A DNA stretch of 14,754 nucleotides from Octopus sinensis (lineage: Eukaryota), in NCBI RefSeq assembly GCF_006345805.1, contig NW_021825620.1, forward strand, positions 1-14,754, written 5' to 3'. Every line of letters begins with the position of its first letter. Position 1 is the first letter of the stretch. Under the pieces are notes generated by a model, which saw only the letters and a program-made list of their open reading frames with translations, was not told the origin of the DNA and ran no database searches. A program made the position numbers and the translations under genes. This document shows, piece after piece, positions 7,372 through 14,754 of the stretch.

Positions 7372-7390
7372 GGGTGGGTGGGTGGGTGGG
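7372..7390 (+). other. Canonical G-quadruplex motif (GGGT)4GGG
   Basis: Five GGG runs separated by single T, with extra GGG runs just upstream. Folding in vivo is not shown. Confidence 0.8.
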
Positions 7391-7580
7391 TGTGGATTTA
7401 TGCGTGTGATACACTAATACTACAACGAATCATGAGTATTAGACGTAATCATAACAGTCTGAGCGTATGGCAAGTATGTTACGTGTATAAAAAAACACAC
7501 ATGCGTACGTATACATATACATAGATATACATATGTGTGTATGACAGTATGAACATGTGTATAACAACAACCGCAGCAGC

Positions 7581-7628
<48 letters not shown>

Positions 7629-7983
7629 CGGCGGAGTGGCGGCGGTTGGTGGTGGTGGTGGTGGTGGTGGGGATTGGTGGTTGTGACGGCGGCGTTGGTA
7701 GAAGAAGAAAAAGAAGAAGTAGAAGAAGAAGAAGAAGAAGTAGAAGAAGAAGAAGAAGAAGAAGAAGAAAGAAAAGAAAGAAAAAGAAAAAGAGAAGAAA
7801 AAAGAAGAAGAAGAAGAAGAAGAAGAAGAAGAAAGAAGAAGAAAAAAAAAGAAGAAGAAAAAAAAAGAAGAACAAGAACAAGAACAAGAACAAGAAGAAG
7901 AAGAAGAAGAAGAAGAAGAAGAAGAAGAAGAAGAAGAAGAAGAAGAAGAAGAAGAAGAAGAAGAAGAAGAAGAAGAAGAAGAA
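7581..7983. repeat. Serial trinucleotide arrays: (TAG)n 7581-7626, (GGT)n ~7647-7668, interrupted (GAA)n/(CAAGAA)n 7699-7983
   Basis: Directly visible. This block accounts for the overlapping poly-K/R/E/L/S ORFs. Confidence 0.97.
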
Positions 7984-8006
7984 GGATGATTATAAAGAAG
8001 AAATCT

Positions 8007-8115
8007 GTGGTAAAGGAAAGAACAAACATCTCAAGATCATTGACCTCGAAAAAAAATATCCCTTATGATGATTAGAGTGGAATCGCAGAAAGCTGAGAAC
8101 ATTGAGAAATATCAA
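8007..8115 (+). mobile_element. Short R4/Dong-type RLE domain relic
   Basis: With frameshifts: VVKERTN / KIIDL / IPYDD / RVESQKAENIEKYQ, matching the RLE core PDIVV.D.....C.IID.A.P.D.RV...E.EK.EKY. Confidence 0.65.
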
Positions 8116-8597
8116 ACAGAGTCTCTCAAAAATGATAAAGACATCGCGCAACAGAAGAGTGATAAGTTGTTTCTCTTTTAACCATGCTACGAGAGAGAGT
8201 CAAAGATGTTAAAAATGAAACCCTTGTTATGGACTCGTGGGTAAATATCACTCTGGATTCTACAAGAGTTTGCATAAAGATTCTGGTGATTGAGAGAGGC
8301 TGTTGTTGTTGTTGTTGTTGTTGTTAAGCAACAAGACGGGTAAGGGCGATTAGATGATGGTCTAGGGATTAGGGGCGGGAGACCCCAGACCTTGGAAAAA
8401 AATAACTTTGGTCGTCTTGTTGTAGTCGAGGGCTCTTCGTTGACGCCAGACACCACTGGGAGGTGGCCCTCAAAGTCGCTGAAAATGGAGATCTCCAGGT
8501 CCAAATTCTTGAACGGCTGGAATAGGCTTGGTGTTACCAATGGTCAGGATAACATTTTTGCTAACTAAATTAGTATATGGTGAGATTTGTATAATAC

Positions 8598-8797
8598 TGG
8601 TTTCAAGCTTTGGCTCAAGGCCAGCAATTTTGTGGGAGGGGCTAAGTCGATTACATCGGCCCCAGTGTTCAACTGGTACATACTTTATTTCCCCCAAATC
8701 GAAAAGATGAAAGGCAAAGTCGACCTCGGTGGAATTTGAACTCAGAACTTAAAGACGGACGAAATACCGATTCTGCTAACGATTCTGCCACCTCCTT
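8598..8797 (-). mobile_element. Meta/MESC-domain tRNA SINE with an internal deletion
   Basis: Plus strand shows GGTTTCAAGCTTTGGCTCAAGGCCAGC tail, GAAAAGATGAAAGGCAAAGTCGACCTCGGTGGAATTTGAACTCAG core and B box, and TGCTAACGATTCTGCCA A-box side. Confidence 0.88.
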
Positions 8798-8800
8798 GTT

Positions 8801-8828
8801 TAATAATAATAATAATATAATAATAATA

Positions 8829-8876
<48 letters not shown>
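8801..8876. repeat. (TAA)n microsatellite; probable tail of the SINE at 8877-9019
   Basis: Directly visible and abuts the SINE 3' end. Confidence 0.95.
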
Positions 8877-9019
8877 CCCTTCTGCTTTGCGCACAAGGCC
8901 GAAAGTTTGTGAGGGTGGAGGTGAGGGGTTAAGTTGATTATTTCGATCCCCGTACTCAGGTGGTGCGTAATTTATCGACCCTAAAAGGATGAAAAGCAAA
9001 GTTGACCCCAATGGAATTT
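8877..9019 (-). mobile_element. 5'-truncated Meta/MESC-domain SINE
   Basis: GCACAAGGCC...TTTATCGACCCTAAAAGGATGAAAAGCAAAGTTGACCCCAATGGAATTT aligns to the 8598 and 4122 copies. Confidence 0.82.
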
Positions 9020-9400
9020 CATGTTTCTATAGTCTGCCATGAGGGAATGCGATATAAACAAATAAATTGCAGCTATATATACTATAATCCCTAATTGTGG
9101 CTCACGGTGAAGAGTAGCACCTAAGTTGCTAGTAATAAGAGATACGGTCTTAAAGAAGCACATATCTATGACCTGATAGGAGAGATAACCGCCCTACATT
9201 GAGCGAGATCATCATACTAGTCTAGTTTCACTTTGAATTAAAAGCTCATCATTGATGGCTACTCCGTTACGGGATAGCTTGGTTAAATTCCAACTCTCAA
9301 TAATAAAGCATTTACTATTGGAATCAGTGTAATGATTCCTATAGATGGTAATGTGAAGATTATAAAATAACAAAGGCGGTTATATATGTGTGTGTGTGTG

Positions 9401-9753
9401 TTCCAGTTGATCCAATCAACGGAACAGCTTGCTCATGAAATAAACGTGTAAGCGGCTGAGCACTCCACAGAAATGTGTACCCTTAATGTAGTTCTCAGGG
9501 AGATTCAGCATGACACAGAGTGTGACAAGGCTGGCTCGTTGAAATACAGGTACAACAGAAACAGGAAGAAAGAGTGAGAAAAAGTTGTGGTGAAAGAATA
9601 CAGCAGGATACGCCAACACCTCCTGCCGGCGTCTCGTGGAGCTCTTAGGTGTTTTCGCTCAATAAACACTCACAAAGCCCGGTCTGGGAATCAAAATCGC
9701 GATCCTACGACTGCGAGTACGCTGCCCTAACCACTGGGCCATTGCGCTTCCAC
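9401..9753 (-). mobile_element. Near full-length tRNA-derived SINE of a third family
   Basis: Minus-strand head GTGGAAGCGCAATGGCCCAGTGGTTAGGGCAGCG (A box TGGCCCAGTGG), decayed B box ATTTTGATTCC, a central domain (9568-9630) and a long tail ending GTTGATTGGATCAACTGG. Confidence 0.88.
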
Positions 9754-10213
9754 ATCAAAAAGTATTCGAGAGCTATGATCATAATGAGTAATATATCTCA
9801 TATAGGATGAAAATATTGCTTTGAGTACAGCTCAACGAGTGACTCGATGAGTAGAATATTATGTAAAATATAATAAAACGAAGAAGATACGTGAAAGCAA
9901 ATTAAGGTACATATATATATATGAAGGAAGATATAACATCCTAGAGCTTTCTTCTTGTTATACTTTCAAAATGCCACTAAGTCTTGCATATTAAAAGTAT
10001 ATGCATTTATTGTCTCAAAAACAGATTGTGGCTGGTACTTTTTAAAATTTGGTACGTATTCTAACTTAGGAGAACAGAAACAAACGTGGATCATATCCAT
10101 CATTAGAAAAGGACAAACTAAGTACGAAATTCAAATACACACATACATGCACGCACACACATACACACACACATTCATACTTTCAAAAATACATGTGTAT
10201 GTCTGCATGTATA

Positions 10214-10335
10214 TACGACAGGCTTCTTTCAGTTTCTGTTGATAAAAATTGTCTCTCTATGTGCTGCACAGTGGGACCGAACCACAAACCACATGGTTGT
10301 GAAGCAAGCTTCTTACTTACAAACCACGCCTGCAC
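10214..10335 (-). mobile_element. Internally deleted 5' part of the SINE family seen at 5118 and 14445
   Basis: Reverse complement GTGCAGGCGTGGTTTGTAAGTAAGAAGCTTGCTTCACAACCATGTGGTTTGTGGTTCGGTCCCACTGTGCAGCAC...AGAAACTGAAAGAAGCCTGTCGTA. Confidence 0.85.
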
Positions 10336-10699
10336 TTATAGTTAATAAATAAATATTTAAAAATTGGAGTTTATCTTTCGACAAGCCAGAAGTATTTGTT
10401 TTTACTTCCGATTTTCCCGGAACGACGAGTTCCGCGAAAATGAGAAACTCCAGTGTAATTGCTGCCATTAGACTCTATTCTCATCACTGTAGTTTTCTGT
10501 TTGAAAAGAGCATTGTTCAAGAACAAATGGCATGGAGTGTCCGTTAAGTGCCTATTGTTTCTTCAGGCACCGCACGTGGGCTTTATGTTAGCATCCAGGA
10601 ATTGGAGGACAAGTGATCCACCACTTAATGTTAAAGATTGCTGTGCGCTGTATCTAGTATATTTACATGAAATCGTAATGCAGAAGAAACTCCAGGGCC

Positions 10700-10999
10700 T
10701 TACTTATTTGTGTGTCACGTTATGTGAGTGCATTTGTGGGGGGGGGGCGAAAGAGAGAGAGTGGAGTGCCTCTGTGTGTGTGCGTGTATGTGTGCTTGTG
10801 TGCGCGCCTTTGTGTGTGATGTGTGTGTGAGGATGTGGGGGTACCTGTGTGCGTGTCTCTGTGTGTGTGTGTTTGTGGTGGAGTGAATGTGTATGGGGGC
10901 ACCTGCGTGCCTTTGTGTGTGTAGATCTGTGTGACGGTGTATGTGTCAGTGTGCGGGGGTGCGATTTTGTGTGTGCTTCTCTATGTGTGTATGCTCTGT

Positions 11000-11039
<40 letters not shown>

Positions 11040-11040
11040 G
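10700..11040. repeat. Degenerate (GT)n-derived low-complexity tract
   Basis: Directly visible. Confidence 0.9.
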
Positions 11041-11416
11041 TTTATATCCCAAACTGATAATTTGCTCATGATTTCGACCCCAGCTATGCTGTTCATGGTT
11101 GTGAACGGTCCAGCCCGGTTACTAATTATATGTTGGCTATTAAATGTTAGTACAATAAACACATCTTTCTACTTTATTTAAAGCATTTAGTTCTACATCG
11201 GAAAATGCTTGAATTGAGTAAACCATATATTTAATCAACAACTCTTAAATTCGATACACACACATAAACACACAAATTTATTATATATCATTTAATGTGC
11301 ACGATAAAATTGTGAAACAGGTCAATTCATCCCAAATTCTTTTTAAACTTAAACATATCTCCTTCTGTGTATACATATACATACTACCAAAATATGACCG
11401 TTTTGAACTTATAATT

Positions 11417-11673
<257 letters not shown>

Positions 11674-11703
11674 CTTCCAAACAAACATGATTTCTAATGA
11701 AAT

Positions 11704-11937
11704 CCTAATATTTTTATTGAACTTTTTGTTTAATATTTTCTCAAGATATTTCCTTGTAAACTGTTTTTAACATTTTATTATTATTATCAAAGAATGTATA
11801 TATGTATTGTAATTTTTTGTGCCTAATATTTTAATGAACTTTTTAATACTATTTTCCCAAGATTTTTCCTTGTAAACTGTTTTTAACATTTTCTTATTAT
11901 TATCAAAGAATGTATATATGTATTGTAATATTTTGTG
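11704..11937. repeat. Direct tandem duplication of a ~118-bp unique AT-rich unit (2 copies)
   Basis: Units 11704-11821 and 11822-11937 both start CCTAATATTTT and end TTTTGTG. Confidence 0.95.
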
Positions 11938-12074
11938 ACAACCAGTACTTAACACAACCAAGCTTATACAAAGCTTTACATGTTACTTTCGACAATCTTT
12001 TTATAAAAAAGTGAAACCGGTCAAGTGAATAAACATCTTTTAAAATTGCATTTTCAAACCTTCTTTCATATATA

Positions 12075-12815
12075 TATGAGAGTATGTGTGGAGACGTGAA
12101 TATGTGAAAGTACGCAAGAATGTGTATGTGTGTGCGTGTGTGCATGTATTATTGTGTGTGAACATGAGTTTATGCTTACATGTATGTATGCATGGAGCGA
12201 GTGAGTCGTGTGGAGAAAGAGAGACACAGAGAGAGAGGTGTTGAGAAACAATGGTATGTAGATTCACTAGAAATCTAATGAATAAAACTACAAAACAGCG
12301 CGCTCCTCGCTCTCTCTCTCTCTCTCTCTTCTCTCCGTCTCTCTCTCTCCCCTCTCTCTCACCCTCTCTCTCCCTCTTTTACACACAAAAGAACGTGCAG
12401 ATACAGAATATTAAATACCGCACGGTTTATACATGCATGCACACAGTTACAACCACAGACGTAATTATACATACATACACACGTGCTCGAACATGGAGAG
12501 ACACACTCGGACATGCACCACATTGATACACCTCCTACACACTTATACATACTGCATACTGTGTTGCACGTGACTGGGTTTAAAGAGAAAATTAATAAAC
12601 TTTAATGAAAATCATGTGAAAAAAACCATCTGCTGGTGGACACACACACTCACACATACAAACTTAGACGCACAAGCATTAGCATATGTACACAGAACGC
12701 ATTTATGAATATACACACAGATGCACACATACACACACATTATTCTATCATAATACAATACAAATCAAATATATATAAACTCCTAAATACACACCATACA
12801 TACACATTGTCTATA

Positions 12816-12890
<75 letters not shown>

Positions 12891-12900
12891 TATATATATA
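12075..12900. repeat. Degenerate GT/GA, CT/CA and (GT)(AT)n microsatellite-rich zone
   Basis: Directly visible: (CT)n ~12310-12375 and (AT)n ~12829-12900. Confidence 0.85.
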
Positions 12901-12949
12901 TACCTATATATACACATGTATATATATATAGACTACCGATACAGAGGGG

Positions 12950-13056
12950 GCTTTCGATGTGAGCAAGGGGTCATATGATGGAGCAGGCATATTGGACTAT
13001 TCCTACTCTATACGTTGGGCAAAACTTTTCCTGACGTATACTTCGCCGTTTACAAT
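12950..13056 (+). mobile_element. Short Penelope-like RT motif B relic (GSYDGA type)
   Basis: FDVSKGSYDGA (12953-12985), then after a deletion/frameshift IGLFLLYTLGKTFPDVYFAVY (12991-13053). Compare the PLE pattern FDVTMGS(Y/F)DGAEVCELVGL(F/Y)LL......GLYRDD. Confidence 0.7.
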
Positions 13057-13576
13057 ACCCAAATATAAATTGTCAATTCACTCCTGCCCTCCATTGTTAA
13101 CAGATACTGTACTCTAGCCTTAGATTTGGTAGTTGATAAAATAAGACTAATAAATTACAAATGAACCACAATCCTTTACAAGCTATGACCCTAACAAACT
13201 TCATACAGTTCTTAGAAGTGTAGTATATTCTTAGCTACATCAGTAGCAACATGGACTCTTTCCCTCTTCTTGCTCTATTAGAGCATTTGAGTAAAATCAT
13301 ATTAATGTGTCCAACTAATTAAAAATTGTATATATTTATGCAGCTGAGGATAGTCCTGCATTTAAATTGATGTAATGATTGCATTGTTCAATTAAATGGA
13401 TCGGCTTGAAACAATCGTATTACATCACCTCTTGATATCTTGTTACTTATTTCGATTTTATTCACCTTACATTGAGCTGTACCGATAATACCGCACTGAC
13501 TTGGTGCTTCAACTTAAGTACTTAATTCAACTAAATCTCAGTTAGATGTATATTTATATGTGTGTGTGTGTGTGTG

Positions 13577-13765
13577 TTTGTTCCTTCTCGAGCCACGCCT
13601 GGCTCATAAGGGCCGGTTTCTCGGTTTCCTTGGCGCAGAGGTTCCCCACCTGGACGGGATACCGGTCCGTCGCAGGTGAGCTGTAAGATGCAAGAGGAAA
13701 GAGTGAGAGAAAGTTGTGGCGAAAGAGTCAGCAGAAGTTCGCCATTACCTTCTGCCGGAGCCGTA
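13577..13765 (-). mobile_element. Headless SINE sharing the central domain of 9401-9753 but with a different 3' tail
   Basis: 13697-13762 aligns by eye to 9568-9630. The tail reads GCGACGGACCGGTATCCCGTCCAGGTGGGG...AAACCGGCCCTTATGAGCCAGGCGTGGCTCGAGAAGGAACAAAC. Confidence 0.8.
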
Positions 13766-14055
13766 GATGTAGTCACCACACTGTCCCATATAAGGGGGCA
13801 GTTCCTAAACATTCTCCATTGTAGATCTTATCTTTGTAGAGATTTATCAATTGGTTGCAAGAGACTCAACTACTCTCTGGTCTTCAATCGAAAGTCCACT
13901 GCTTGCGAGGAAGCATTTGCTATGTGCGTAAGCTAGGACTACGGTCACCAAGTTTTTATTATTATTTTTGTTGTTTTTGTTTTTGCATCACGAACCGGAG
14001 AATCATGAGCTAAAAACAAAACACAATAAAATGCATAATATATAATTTAAGATAT

Positions 14056-14265
14056 TGGTTTCAAGCTTTGGCACAGTACCAGTAATTTCGGGGAAGTAGT
14101 AAAATGCATAACCCCTCTGCTCAAAAGTGGAATTGTCTTATCGACACCGGAAAGAGGTAATGTAAAATCGACCTTGGCAGAATTTGAACTCAGAACGTAG
14201 AGACAGACGATATACGGCTAAGCATCTTGCCAGGCATGCTAACGAATCTACAAATTTACCCACCT
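14056..14265 (-). mobile_element. Diverged Meta/MESC-domain SINE
   Basis: GGTTTCAAGCTTTGGCACAG tail, TTATCGACACCGGAAAGAGGTAATGTAAAATCGACCTTGGCAGAATTTGAACTCAGAACG core and B box, and GCTAAGCAT...CATGCTAACG head. Confidence 0.82.
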
Positions 14266-14444
14266 CGAAACATTTGCCAAAAGTGCTGTGCAAAGCGATC
14301 GAAAGGCAGATCTATTGGTTGGGAATCGAAACTATTAGATCTGCGCCCATCACCTTATCAAGCGTTAATCCTTTACCGAACCGCTTATATTATTTAAAGT
14401 ATTACATGTGTATGATACATGTATAATACATTATGTATTACATA

Positions 14445-14754
14445 GGCGCAGGCGTGGCTGTGTGGTAAGAAGCTTGCCTCCTAATCAAATGCTTTCCGGT
14501 TCAATTCGACTGCGTGGCACCTTGAGCAAGCGTCTTCTACTATATAGCTACGGGCCGACCAAATCCTTTTGAGTGGATTTCGAAGACGGATAAAAGCCCG
14601 TCGTACATATGTATGTGTGTGTCTGTTTGTGTGTGCGCGCGTCTTTGTGTCTGTGTTTGTCTCTCTATCATCGCTTGTTCACCGGTGTTGGTCTGTTCAC
14701 GTCCCCGTAACTTAACGGTTCGGCAAAAGACAACGATAGATTAAGTAATAGACT
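14445..14754 (+). mobile_element. tRNA-derived octopus-type SINE with an internal (AT/GT) spacer, running off the window end
   Basis: Head GGCGCAGGCGTGGCTGTGTGGTAAG (A box 14456-14466), B box GGTTCAATTCG (14498-14508), body homologous to 5118-5285, then CACGTCCCCGTAACTTAACGGTTCGGCAAAAGAC. Confidence 0.92.

Noticed and set aside
7420-8075. Four overlapping 130-160 aa ORFs (poly-K/R/E on +, poly-L/F/S on -)
   Set aside because: They are translations of the (GAA)n/(GGT)n/(TAG)n arrays, which lack stop codons in those frames; there is no protein-like complexity.
8330-8560. GC-richer stretch open on both strands, with faint RTE C-terminus echoes (RGGRPQT/WKK, HWEVALKVAEN)
   Set aside because: Similarity is too weak to call; probably an old TE relic. 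It needs a frameshift-aware search.
9290-9365. Minus-strand TLPSIGIITLIP, resembling the L1/Tx1 RT motif GIITLIPK
   Set aside because: The expected downstream NWRPISLLN motif is absent, and a single short match is insufficient.
9690-9753. tRNA-like sequences here and at the other SINE heads
   Set aside because: They are SINE heads with decayed A/B boxes continuing into SINE bodies, with no complete cloverleaf, so they are not tRNA genes.

Overview
AT-rich, microsatellite-saturated eukaryotic genomic DNA, almost certainly cephalopod and most likely Octopus. The organism is inferred from the tRNA-derived SINE families, which I recognise from memory; no database was run. I recognise no intact protein-coding gene, RNA gene, CRISPR array or prokaryotic system, and nearly all long ORFs in the track are translations of simple repeats. 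The window is a retroelement graveyard, probably intronic or intergenic. It holds a mariner-derived MITE with both TIRs, two RTE-type LINE 3' ends (one with two decayed C2H2-like fingers), two R4/Dong-type RLE LINE relics, up to four Penelope-like RT relics, a piggyBac-like MITE fragment, and about ten SINE copies from three modular families. It also has a ~118-bp tandem duplication and non-B-DNA motifs. The best leads are an RLE LINE sitting inside (TACA)n repeats (possible microsatellite targeting), a cryptic exon cassette on the antisense strand of that LINE's 3'UTR, SINE domain shuffling, and a few unassigned exon-like segments. I did not find a clearly new biological system.
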